Virus record (IMG/VR): IMGVR_UViG_3300034158_000010
Span: 1 to 64,000 of that record
Origin: a virus
Length of the DNA stretch: 64,000 nt
Reading direction: 5' to 3' (one strand)
Under the pieces are notes generated by a model that did no database searches, had not been told where the DNA came from, and saw nothing but the letters and a program-made list of their open reading frames with translations. Below are positions 26,964 through 36,101 of the stretch, one piece after another; position 1 is the stretch's first letter, and every line of letters begins with the position of its first letter. The position numbers and the translations under genes are program-made.

Positions 26964-27191
26964 TTACGCAGCTTCTTCGATGCGGTTCATCTTAACGATT
27001 ACCTTCTCACCGTTATGTAGCTTAGCGACAATCGTGGTATGGTCCTGCATCAGAGCTGGTCGAACACCGATGACCGACTTAACATCTGGATGACTATTCT
27101 TAACTTCTTTAAGTAGTCCTGCCCAAGTCAGGTTGGCATTACCCATTGCGGTCAAAATGTTACCGGCGATAGTTTTATTCAAGTTTTTCAT
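26964..27191 (-). CDS. Hypothetical protein
   Basis: AGGA RBS, 75 aa. Confidence 0.7.
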   Translation of the reverse strand: MKNLNKTIAGNILTAMGNANLTWAGLLKEVKNSHPDVKSVIGVRPALMQDHTTIVAKLHNGEKVIVKMNRIEEAA

Positions 27192-27220
27192 TTTTTGTAT
27201 CCTAATTAGTCAAAGGGGAA

Positions 27221-27342
27221 ATAAAGTCCTACCCGAAGGTAGGACTCCATACACAAACCAACACTAAAGGAGAAACCACATCATGCAACCCACCAAGTCG
27301 CACATCATGGAGTAACTTCGGCAATCAGACTCAGTTACATAC
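27221..27342 (-). ncRNA. Candidate small RNA
   Basis: TATGTAA start motif, two hairpins, CU-rich stretch, UUCG terminator. Confidence 0.4.
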
Positions 27343-27360
27343 TATTACTTAAATGTATGC

Positions 27361-28521
27361 TTAAGCCAGATCGAAGTCGAAGGTCTCATCTTCACGGGAA
27401 GTGTCTACAGCGTTTACCATGTACTGGTTGTTGTCAACTTCTTGAGGGCTGGTTTGGTTAGCCGCAAGGTCGAGGTACTCAGTCATGTAAGGGAGTGGGT
27501 TCTTCTCAGGGAATTCCAGAGGGAAGCCGGTGACCAGTTCGAACTGTGCACGCATCTCATCAGTGATGTGATCCTTAGCACCAGTGAAGGTACCAGCAGC
27601 GTTACCGTTGAACAAGACCCATTGGATCATCTTCTTAACAGTTACACCTGGTAGTTCACGACCTTCGGAGAACAGGTAGGTCAACCAATTGACTTCCGTC
27701 ATGATGATTTCCCAGAACAGCTCTACACCTTCAGCCATGGTGTCTTTATAAGCTTGCTGACCACGTGGGGTTTTCAGCATTGCCTTGATGACTTCCTGAC
27801 CGAACTGAGCGTGTACTTCGAACTCATCGATAGCGATCTTCTGAACGCCCATCGCGATTGGTTGGAACCGACCCATCTTACCGAAGGCGAAGGTTACAGC
27901 AAACGATGCCATGAACTGAATACGCTCAAGGTAGTAGAGCGCCAGCAAGAACTTGAAGATCTTGTTGTACAGGTCTTGGTCGTTAGGGATCGTACCGCAA
28001 GCATAAGCATGTGATGCGTCGTGTGCTTCACCCATTACCTTGGCTACGGCCAGCATACGTTCTTGCGCTTCTTGCACCTTCAGGATTTCATCGAGGATGA
28101 CCTGCGGGTTCTTGAAGGAGTTACGCACGATCTCGGAGTAGGTAAGAGCGTGAAGGTTCTCGTTGGAGTTGATCAGTACGTAACCTGCCCAGACGCGGGA
28201 GTCTGTGATTACTGGACCCAAGATGTTAACGATAGCACGAGATGCGGTAGCGTCAGCTTCCCACTGCCATGCCAAGGTCTTAACCATCATGTCGTAGTCA
28301 CTACGGGTAGCGGTCTCGAATTCATGCAGGCAGTCACCATACGGGAATTCGTTCTCGTCCCAGTCCATCATCTTCAAGCGTTTGTACAGGTTGAACAAAA
28401 CCGGGTGGTGGTTGTTAATCGAATCGAACAGACCGGGTTCTTGACCGAGGATGATCTCGTTAGAATCGTAGTCAGTTTTTTGGTTGTTAAAGATCTTGAT
28501 CGGGAGGTCAACAGTGGACAT
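27361..28521 (-). CDS. nrdB: Ribonucleotide reductase class Ia beta subunit
   Basis: EADA, ENLHALTYS (radical Tyr), LERIQF and DEFEVH di-iron ligands. Confidence 0.93.
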   Translation of the reverse strand: MSTVDLPIKIFNNQKTDYDSNEIILGQEPGLFDSINNHHPVLFNLYKRLKMMDWDENEFPYGDCLHEFETATRSDYDMMVKTLAWQWEADATASRAIVNILGPVITDSRVWAGYVLINSNENLHALTYSEIVRNSFKNPQVILDEILKVQEAQERMLAVAKVMGEAHDASHAYACGTIPNDQDLYNKIFKFLLALYYLERIQFMASFAVTFAFGKMGRFQPIAMGVQKIAIDEFEVHAQFGQEVIKAMLKTPRGQQAYKDTMAEGVELFWEIIMTEVNWLTYLFSEGRELPGVTVKKMIQWVLFNGNAAGTFTGAKDHITDEMRAQFELVTGFPLEFPEKNPLPYMTEYLDLAANQTSPQEVDNNQYMVNAVDTSREDETFDFDLA

Positions 28522-28976
28522 TATTCGGCGCTCGCTTGCTCAGTTTTGAAAGATTCGTTTGCATAGTAGTCAACCATACTCACACGTGAAATGTGTTTAA
28601 TGGTTTTACCGTTAGCTAAGGTTTGATCGTGCTCGGTGTCGACACAGAAAAGAGAGTACCATTCTTCGTGTACCTCAAGTTCTGTTAGGTCAGTGCAATC
28701 GTAACCCTCAGGACCTTGGCTTGGTCTACCCGGCTTAGGTAGGTATTCGGCAAGTCCGCAGATGGCACTACCATGGAATCGCAACCGGTGATGTCTGGTC
28801 GGATTGAAGGTGAATTCTTTTGTATCGGCTGGGTTCCACAACATCAGGTGGTTAGCCGCTTCAGTAGATTCCAGATAATAGTTACGGGTACCGATCATGA
28901 TGCCAACAGCATGACCATGTTCATTAACCCAGCGAACACAACCGGGACCGTCTTCAACCTGTTTAATGTGTGCCAT
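28521..28976 (-). CDS. Hypothetical protein coupled to nrdB
   Basis: TAATG overlap. Confidence 0.75.
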   Translation of the reverse strand: MAHIKQVEDGPGCVRWVNEHGHAVGIMIGTRNYYLESTEAANHLMLWNPADTKEFTFNPTRHHRLRFHGSAICGLAEYLPKPGRPSQGPEGYDCTDLTELEVHEEWYSLFCVDTEHDQTLANGKTIKHISRVSMVDYYANESFKTEQASAE

Positions 28977-29059
28977 TGAATTACCTTTGCGTGAGTTGTG
29001 GTTTTGTCTGTACTAGATCTTGCTATGCGGTATTCTTTTATTAGAACCTGTTTAAAGCC

Positions 29060-29067
29060 TATATTAC
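29060..29067 (+). promoter_or_regulatory. Early promoter TATATTAC
   Basis: TTAGAACCTGTTTAAAGCC-TATATTAC-ATTTGTGAAT. Confidence 0.85.
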
Positions 29068-29095
29068 ATTTGTGAATTAACTAAGAGTAATAACC

Positions 29096-29482
29096 ATGAA
29101 ACGTCTTGATCTGGAACTGATTACCCGTAACTCGTTCAACAGTCAACGCAGCTATGAGGCTGCCATTTATGCCGCCCAAACCATCAACATGCTGCGCCAG
29201 TTTTCTAAGCAGGGTTATCTTATCCTGAACTACGAGAACGTTGTAAAGCTGGATGCTAAGATCGTTCTGGATGACGATGGCCAATTCCAGTTCATCGTGA
29301 TCAGTGACCATGAGAAAGCCAACGTGATGCTGGTTGGTGATGAGTCTGTTACCTGCGCTGGTAAACGCGGTGAGCCGGATAGCGAAAAGATTTACTGCAC
29401 CAAGAAGACCATTCGTGAGTTCTTCAAACTGTGGCGAGTATGTCAGATCACCAATGTACTTAAAGCAGTCGACATCGCTTAA
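29096..29482 (+). CDS. Hypothetical early protein
   Basis: Directly after the promoter. Confidence 0.8.
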   Translation: MKRLDLELITRNSFNSQRSYEAAIYAAQTINMLRQFSKQGYLILNYENVVKLDAKIVLDDDGQFQFIVISDHEKANVMLVGDESVTCAGKRGEPDSEKIYCTKKTIREFFKLWRVCQITNVLKAVDIA

Positions 29483-29509
29483 CCCAAACCCAAATCAAGG
29501 AGTATCCCC

Positions 29510-30040
29510 ATGTCTCACATGAAAGGCTGTGATGTTGTAGTGCTGGAAGATTCGGACAAGGTCGATACTAACCCGACCAACGCCGAGATCATTATCGACC
29601 AGGAGTCGATCAATCGTCGTGTCCCTGCGTGCTTTCAGGCTTTACTGTCTGAAGCCCACAAAGACGTGGTCGTTGAAGATATTGAAGATCGCCTGCGTTC
29701 GGGTAACTTCAATGCTGACCTCGATGGTGATACCCCACCACCGATGTTTGAATTCTTTGCTGGTCGTCTGGCTGCGCTGTTGGAAAAACGTCGCATCAAA
29801 CTGTCCACTGAGAAAATGGTCTGGTTCACCCTGCGTACCGAACCTAATGGTGACGTATACCTCAACTGGCCAATCAGTGCATACATGCCTGTCAGCGCCG
29901 GTGGTATCTATCATGATCAGAAGGTACAACGTGCCTGCACTCGACTGAAAGGTCGTGCACATATCAAAGGTATCCGGGTCACTGGCTCCGTCAAACCATC
30001 GGCAATCCCGATGTACTTTGAATGGGTCGACACCGAATAA
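29510..30040 (+). CDS. Hypothetical early protein
   Basis: AAGGAG RBS. Confidence 0.8.
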   Translation: MSHMKGCDVVVLEDSDKVDTNPTNAEIIIDQESINRRVPACFQALLSEAHKDVVVEDIEDRLRSGNFNADLDGDTPPPMFEFFAGRLAALLEKRRIKLSTEKMVWFTLRTEPNGDVYLNWPISAYMPVSAGGIYHDQKVQRACTRLKGRAHIKGIRVTGSVKPSAIPMYFEWVDTE

Positions 30041-30061
30041 CATTAGAACCGTTTTAAACGC

Positions 30062-30069
30062 TATATTAC
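30062..30069 (+). promoter_or_regulatory. Early promoter TATATTAC
   Basis: TTAGAACCGTTTTAAACGC-TATATTAC-ATTTGCGAAT. Confidence 0.85.
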
Positions 30070-30105
30070 ATTTGCGAATAAACTAACTAGATGGAGTTAC
30101 ACCTC

Positions 30106-30447
30106 ATGGAACACTGCGAAGTTAAAGACCAAATCCAAGTCGCTCTGCTGGCCGTTACCTCTGAACTGTTCGGACGGTTGTGGGTTGAGTTTGGCGACCA
30201 TGGTATTCCATCGATGAACATCTGGGAAGAGTCGAAAGCGATCGAAGTACAGCATGAAGAAGGCGTGTACAACATCCACATCCGTGTGGGTGAAAGCCAG
30301 ATCGAAATGGTCTGGTCTGAAGAAATGAAATACGTCGCTGGTAAAGACGGTATTAAGTCTTATGACTTTGGTACCGCTACTCGTGACGAACTGTCCCAGG
30401 CCGGTAGTCTGGTAATGATGTACTTTGCTCAATGCATGTCTCTCTAA
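30106..30447 (+). CDS. Hypothetical early protein
   Basis: GGAG RBS before ATG 30106. Confidence 0.75.
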   Translation: MEHCEVKDQIQVALLAVTSELFGRLWVEFGDHGIPSMNIWEESKAIEVQHEEGVYNIHIRVGESQIEMVWSEEMKYVAGKDGIKSYDFGTATRDELSQAGSLVMMYFAQCMSL

Positions 30448-30457
30448 GGAATCTGTA

Positions 30458-30967
30458 ATGTCTGATCTTACTCGCTTGTACGAAATCCAACACGACATCG
30501 GTGTCATCGTAAGCAATGGCATCAATGCTCACATGGGTACCGATAAAGAGCGTGAGTTCATGAACCTGTGCATGGACGCAGGTTTGGCTGTAGTTCGTAA
30601 ACTGCGCGATCTGGTTGATGTCGGTTTGACTTTCGATATCTGGAAGACCTACTACATCAACGAGTCCATCAATAACGAATTGATGGATCGCCTGGACAAC
30701 GCCGACGGTGACCTGAAGAAACTGCACGCTGAAGTAGCTGCAATGGATTTGACCGAGTACTACGAGACTGACGTGGTTCCACACGCTACCCTCGAAGCAC
30801 TGAACGCTCAGGTTGAACAACTGGTTGAGAATCATGCGATGCTGCGTGAGATCTGGGCCGAGGAAGATGAAGAAGGCGAACTGGTTGAAGTTCGTGATCC
30901 GAATACACCTACCCTCGATCCAGAAATGCGTGTGCACTTCGATTCGACACTCGTCAAAAAAGATTGA
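30458..30967 (+). CDS. Acidic hypothetical early protein
   Basis: AAGGA RBS; D/E-rich. Confidence 0.8.
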   Translation: MSDLTRLYEIQHDIGVIVSNGINAHMGTDKEREFMNLCMDAGLAVVRKLRDLVDVGLTFDIWKTYYINESINNELMDRLDNADGDLKKLHAEVAAMDLTEYYETDVVPHATLEALNAQVEQLVENHAMLREIWAEEDEEGELVEVRDPNTPTLDPEMRVHFDSTLVKKD

Positions 30968-31032
30968 CCCGTAACATCAAACCCTTTACTATGGTTTCAC
31001 CAAATCAAATAACCCCCTAGGAGTAATACCCC

Positions 31033-31461
31033 ATGTTCGATATCAAATTGTCCAACGTTGCTGGCTATGCTGAAATCCAACGTGCCGTCATCGCCAAGGC
31101 GTATGACCAAGCACAGGTAGCAGCGATGAACCACGATCTGGTTTACATGGAGGCACTGCGTGCTGACACCGTAACTGGTCTGAACTTCACCATCGAGTGC
31201 ATCGAGAAGAAGTACGACTACTACACCTGGTTCGCTGGTAGCAACTACATCAGCCGTACCAGTAAAGTAGCTGCGCTGGATACCAGCGGCGAGTTGCTCG
31301 CTATCTTCAATCGCATGGAAAGCCTGGACGCTCACGCTTACTACGAAGCTGACGTTCTGCCGATCATGTCCACACCGATCAGCATCCTGCTGCAAGGTCG
31401 TGCCGAGATCCTGGAAGTACTGGATCAAGCGATCGAGGAAATGCGCAAGCTGCGTAAGTAA
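31033..31461 (+). CDS. Hypothetical early protein
   Basis: AGGAG RBS. Confidence 0.8.
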   Translation: MFDIKLSNVAGYAEIQRAVIAKAYDQAQVAAMNHDLVYMEALRADTVTGLNFTIECIEKKYDYYTWFAGSNYISRTSKVAALDTSGELLAIFNRMESLDAHAYYEADVLPIMSTPISILLQGRAEILEVLDQAIEEMRKLRK

Positions 31462-31511
31462 CGGCATAAAGCCCCTACCATTACGGTAGGGGCTCTAAGC
31501 TTTTCTTTTTT
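31462..31511. terminator. Bidirectional terminator
   Basis: CGGCATAAA-GCCCCTACC-ATTAC-GGTAGGGGC...T-run. Confidence 0.85.
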
Positions 31512-31517
31512 GTTACT

Positions 31518-33809
31518 TTACATCTTGCATGCGCCGCTAGCGCAATCGGTATCCTCGGTTACGTTACCTTGTGCAGACTCCATAGCTTCCAACGAGAGGT
31601 TAGCTGTGGTTTCGGTATTGAAGTAGTAACGTGTCTTCATACCCATCTGAACTTGATAGAAGTAGTTCTTCAACAGTTCGTTAGAATCGATCTGTTCTTT
31701 ACCGATGATTCGGCGCCACAGGTCAGCACTGATAGACTGGTCACAGAACTTCTGGATGATAGCGTAGCAATCAATCATGTCCTTAGTAGGGATATCCCAT
31801 GCCAATTCGTATTTGTAGGCTGGATCATCCCCGTATGGAGCTGCCCAGTACAGCAAGTTGTTCTGATCGTTCTTAGACAGAGTCAGGCGACGTACAGGAT
31901 ACACGCCATTAGCTCCCCCAAGCGCTTTAGAGCTACTTTCACCCGGCATGTAAGCACAGAGTACGCTGTGACCAATACCACCGTTAGCGATGATCTTAGC
32001 GCGTAGTTCTTCCCACTTGTAGTAGGAGTCGAATGGAGTACCATCTTTCTTGATCTTGTCTACCGAACGCTTGTAGGTATCGATAGGCAACCAACCCGAA
32101 GGCCAGAGAGTCTTGTGCATCCAAGGTGCCAGACCACGTTCCTGAGAGATCTTCAAGGAAGCTTCAATCAGATAGAACATGTGACGTTCAGCGATGAAGT
32201 GAATCTCTTGTTTACCAGCATCACTGGAATACTTGAGACCTTCACGAGCCATGTGTGTAGCCAGGCCCATGATACCAACACCAGCAGACATCCGAGACTT
32301 AGCAGTCAGCTCCAAGTGTGGGAACACGTAGCTGGAGTTCAGGATGCAGTAGTCAATCATCTTCAGAGCATAGTAGCAAACCTTCTGGTAAGTTTCTTTG
32401 TCCGGGATGTTCTCAATCGACACAGCGGCCAGAGAACAAGTAGCGATCTCGCCACGACCATGGTCTTCTGTAGAGTACAGATCCATCATGTCGTAGTAAG
32501 GGGCGGTTGGTTCAGCGATCTCCATGCACAGGTTCGAGGAACGAATAGGTTCTTTGAATGGAGTGTGACGGTTCATCTCATCGATCTGACCAACGTAGGC
32601 TACGCCGGTTTCTTGAGCTTCTACCAGAGACGTCCGCAGTACGTCACGAGCAGATGCCCAGTGCTTCACGAACGTTTCATCAGCTTCATACTTAGCGTAC
32701 AGAGTCTTGAACAGTTCGATGTCTTTACCGTAGAACGCTTCGTGCAGATCAGGAGCGGTGTATGGGTTGAAAGCGAAGATAGGTTCTTTCTTCATTGCCT
32801 TCTGTGCAAAGTGAGCGTTAGCCAACATTGCGAAGTGCATGTCACGGTTACGACGGTCCTCAGTCGAACGTGGGTTACGCAGGGCTTGGATCATGTCTGC
32901 TTCTTGGTCGAAAGCTTCGAAGAAACAGGTTACAGCACCACCGCGACCAGCTTGGGTGTTAGCTACGATGGACTTACCCATCGAGTCGTAGTACTTCTTC
33001 TTACCATGGTGCAAGAACAAGCCATTGCGTACAGCATCGCCAACAGAACGAGTCATGATGTTAACACCAATGCCCGCAGACATCTGTGTCATTTTGTCGC
33101 CGATGTAGTTCCCGATAGCGAGCGAAGTGCCATTATCACCAGAAGCAAAAAGGCAGCAGCTAGCGAAGCCCCGGTGAACAGTACCAAGGTTAATGTAATT
33201 AGGAGTAGGTGCCGACAACTGCTTACGAGCAAAGAGTTCGTAATAATCGCGTACCACTTGGAGACGAGTTGCTTTAGGCTCATTCTCAGCAAGGGCCATG
33301 GCCATGCGCATATAAGTAAATTGAGGTGACTCATATTCAGCTCCGGTTACTCGATTACCCAGAGCGTACTTCTTACGGATCTGGTGCAGGGCGAAGTGTG
33401 GTTGTTCGAAGTCGATCTCATGGTTAATGAACTTCTCGATCTTCAGGTAGTCTTGAGTGGTATACTTGAGTTTGACCATCAGACCATCTTGTTGCATGCG
33501 AGTGTGCAGTGCTTTAACAGTCGGGATACCATTGGTGCCGTAAAGGTTCTTGTGAATCCACACGGCGTACAGGCGACCGGCCAACAAGTAGTGAGACCAA
33601 GTACGGTATGCCAGAATGGTTTCGATCAGGTGCATCTGGAAATCTTGCGATGACACTACCTCAGGCATAGTAGCGGTAGCTTCCATTACGATAGAAGTCC
33701 AATCTACTTTATCCTTAAGGTGCTCGGTACCCCACTCCATCCAGCGGTTAGGCTTTGCCGGATTAAAGGCTTCGTGGGTTAGGTCGAGTTTGATGATGGT
33801 CTTGATCAT
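31518..33809 (-). CDS. nrdA: Ribonucleotide reductase class Ia alpha subunit
   Basis: SAPTP, FASCC, SSNLCMEI, ATCSLA, KTRYY and C-terminal CASGAC. Confidence 0.95.
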   Translation of the reverse strand: MIKTIIKLDLTHEAFNPAKPNRWMEWGTEHLKDKVDWTSIVMEATATMPEVVSSQDFQMHLIETILAYRTWSHYLLAGRLYAVWIHKNLYGTNGIPTVKALHTRMQQDGLMVKLKYTTQDYLKIEKFINHEIDFEQPHFALHQIRKKYALGNRVTGAEYESPQFTYMRMAMALAENEPKATRLQVVRDYYELFARKQLSAPTPNYINLGTVHRGFASCCLFASGDNGTSLAIGNYIGDKMTQMSAGIGVNIMTRSVGDAVRNGLFLHHGKKKYYDSMGKSIVANTQAGRGGAVTCFFEAFDQEADMIQALRNPRSTEDRRNRDMHFAMLANAHFAQKAMKKEPIFAFNPYTAPDLHEAFYGKDIELFKTLYAKYEADETFVKHWASARDVLRTSLVEAQETGVAYVGQIDEMNRHTPFKEPIRSSNLCMEIAEPTAPYYDMMDLYSTEDHGRGEIATCSLAAVSIENIPDKETYQKVCYYALKMIDYCILNSSYVFPHLELTAKSRMSAGVGIMGLATHMAREGLKYSSDAGKQEIHFIAERHMFYLIEASLKISQERGLAPWMHKTLWPSGWLPIDTYKRSVDKIKKDGTPFDSYYKWEELRAKIIANGGIGHSVLCAYMPGESSSKALGGANGVYPVRRLTLSKNDQNNLLYWAAPYGDDPAYKYELAWDIPTKDMIDCYAIIQKFCDQSISADLWRRIIGKEQIDSNELLKNYFYQVQMGMKTRYYFNTETTANLSLEAMESAQGNVTEDTDCASGACKM

Positions 33810-33930
33810 TGGGTTATTTCCAGTTCGGTGTATTGGTGTGTGATTTGGTAACTAAACATACTCTTTACCTGTCAAGTAAATTTAAACATCCTCTGGTCTT
33901 GCATAAGGTTGACAGAATTTATTACAAGTT

Positions 33931-33938
33931 TATATTAC
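33931..33938 (+). promoter_or_regulatory. Early promoter TATATTAC
   Basis: AGAATTTATTACAAGTT-TATATTAC-TCCTATGAGAAT. Confidence 0.7.
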
Positions 33939-33976
33939 TCCTATGAGAATACCTAACTATGTTAAAAGAGGTGATT

Positions 33977-34507
33977 ATGGACATTAAGAAACTGGTACCC
34001 CAATTCGATCGTAACGATGTAAACATGGGCACTTTGTTTGATATTCCAACGGGTAAGTTAACGGTGCCTGCGGCTCTGACTGAAGACGACATGCTGAATG
34101 GTTCAGGTAAAATCATCGGTGCATTGGCTGCGCATCAAGCGTACCATCCACAATCCAATAGCAAGAATATGTATCTGCTCCACCTGCTGGAGAAAGGTAT
34201 CGAAGAGACTAAGGGTGGCACCGTAGAGCGCTTCAGGTACGCGTGTAACCTGTTTACTCTGATGGGCTTCATCGTTAAGTGGGACGGTACTACAAACGCC
34301 CCACAGGTCACGTGGTACGATACTGAAGGTTTCTCAGTAGACTGGGATATTAATGGGTACATCAAGTCTAAGCTGTATGACGACTTCACTCCACCAGCCG
34401 ATGACGTTAAGTTGGGTGAACACTTCCATGCGCAAGTAGCTAACCTGAAAGCTAACCAGAAGAACGTCGTAGATATCACCATCGACTCTTACTCAGATCT
34501 AACGTAA
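33977..34507 (+). CDS. Hypothetical protein
   Basis: GAGGTG RBS before ATG 33977; UUCG terminator at 34513-34548. Confidence 0.8.
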   Translation: MDIKKLVPQFDRNDVNMGTLFDIPTGKLTVPAALTEDDMLNGSGKIIGALAAHQAYHPQSNSKNMYLLHLLEKGIEETKGGTVERFRYACNLFTLMGFIVKWDGTTNAPQVTWYDTEGFSVDWDINGYIKSKLYDDFTPPADDVKLGEHFHAQVANLKANQKNVVDITIDSYSDLT

Positions 34508-34597
34508 ACGAATCCCTACCTTCGGGTAGGGGTTACTCGTTTCTTTTTACTGGGTAGCACCTAGTCTATGTAATGGTATTTTCGGAGTATCCTCTAA

Positions 34598-34962
34598 TGG
34601 CTCTTTATTCTGCTTTAACCCCAGTGCTAGAAGCACACCAGTGGCATCGTAATGGTGACCACCCAGAAGACCGTACAATCAACCGTATCAACACAGGTCG
34701 AGTAATCCAAAGACATCCAACATATCGACGCGGTGCAGATCACCGTGTACCTTGTTACCTATGTGGTAAACCAATGGGGTTACATGGTATCATCAATCCC
34801 ATTGTTTATATCCCCGAAGAAGATACCACTAACTCTGTATGTCCAGGTGATTACATCATCACTCATCGGTCTGAGAAAAATGGACTGACCAGAGGATATA
34901 CTGTGTACAAGCAACAACTCTTCGACTTTTTCTATGGTCCATACAAGGAACCAACCGAATGA
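34598..34962 (+). CDS. Hypothetical protein with CxxC...H motif
   Basis: GGAG RBS; CYLCGKPMGLHG. Confidence 0.7.
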
Positions 34963-35513
34963 CTCTGATTGCCAAACCCGCTATCGACGATAACAACGTC
35001 CTCAATGAGATCGCTCGTGACTGCTTGGTCACCACTGATGATCCTAACACCACCATGCTGCGCCGTGGTTTCAAACTGCTCACCGAAGACGGGGTTGTAC
35101 ATGAACTGTCCTTTGCACAACTGGACGGTTTGATTAACATTCTGGATCTGTCTCGTGACGTAGCGGGTATTACCCCACTCCAGTATGTGATCACCACCTA
35201 CGACATCAAAGACCTGTTGGATATGGGCACAGCTGGTTGGCTCGTACCTGAGTACTCGATCACGGTTATGCACAACATCAAGACCGTTCGATTCGAAGGC
35301 CGTCTGACTCAAGTAGGTCACGCTGATAAAGAGTTCAGCTTTGCATTGGGCGACTTTGACTTCATTCAACAGTTTAGCCTGAGCCGTGTGATTTCTACAC
35401 AAGCTGAACAACTGAAGGTAGCTGCTGGTACCTTCGACATGTCCTACGTTTATACGTTCGGTCCAGAAGGCATCACCCTGAAGACACTGGAGCTAACTCA
35501 CAATGAAGCTTAG
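34959..35513 (+). CDS. Hypothetical protein
   Basis: AAGGA RBS; ATGA overlap. Confidence 0.8.
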   Translation: MTLIAKPAIDDNNVLNEIARDCLVTTDDPNTTMLRRGFKLLTEDGVVHELSFAQLDGLINILDLSRDVAGITPLQYVITTYDIKDLLDMGTAGWLVPEYSITVMHNIKTVRFEGRLTQVGHADKEFSFALGDFDFIQQFSLSRVISTQAEQLKVAAGTFDMSYVYTFGPEGITLKTLELTHNEA

Positions 35514-36051
35514 TATGATCGTAGCACGCTCTCTGGATGATGTGATTGGTCAAGGTAATGGTATCCCTTGGGACTGTCCACCCGATATGATGAACTTCAA
35601 AGCCATTACGTCTGGTCCGGGTAAGGCTATCGCGATGGGTCGTAAGACTTGGGATTCCCTCCCTAAGAAGCCTTTGCCTAACCGCTTGAACATCGTTATT
35701 ACCAGTAACCCTGAGAACGTTACCGATGCCAATGAAGACGTCATCATCGTAGGTAGTATTGATGAGGCTATTAAGGTTGCAGGTAACTTGGATGTAGCTG
35801 AACTTATCTTTATCGGTGGAGCTACTATCTACAATGAAGTAGTGCATCTGGTCGATGAGGTTCACCTGACTGAGATGAACTTGATGTTGGCTGAGTTGGT
35901 AGAGAACCCAACTAACGTTTTGTTTGAATACACCTTTCCTTGGTCACAGCATAACCCAGACCAGGATTGGGTTATCGTAGATCGCCACACGTGCTATGAC
36001 GACGACCAGAACGAGTTGTACGAATACTTCCACCTGCGCCGTAAGCGCTAG
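35503..36051 (+). CDS. folA: Dihydrofolate reductase
   Basis: IVA...IG..NGIPW..P.DM..FK; MGRKTWDSL..PLPNR.NIVIT; IGGATIY. Confidence 0.95.
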   Translation: MKLSMIVARSLDDVIGQGNGIPWDCPPDMMNFKAITSGPGKAIAMGRKTWDSLPKKPLPNRLNIVITSNPENVTDANEDVIIVGSIDEAIKVAGNLDVAELIFIGGATIYNEVVHLVDEVHLTEMNLMLAELVENPTNVLFEYTFPWSQHNPDQDWVIVDRHTCYDDDQNELYEYFHLRRKR

Positions 36052-36055
36052 ACGA

Positions 36056-36101
36056 CATATTGCCCCTACCAATCGGTAGGGGCTTTATGCTGTTTCTTTT
36101 T
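36056..36101. terminator. Bidirectional terminator
   Basis: GCCCCTACC-AATC-GGTAGGGGC-TTTATG...T-run. Confidence 0.85.

Noticed and set aside
32115-33329. 404 aa antisense ORF in nrdA, and similar shadows at 46425-47519, 57136-58062 and 40966-41799
   Set aside because: Lie opposite well-supported genes; no protein-like motifs
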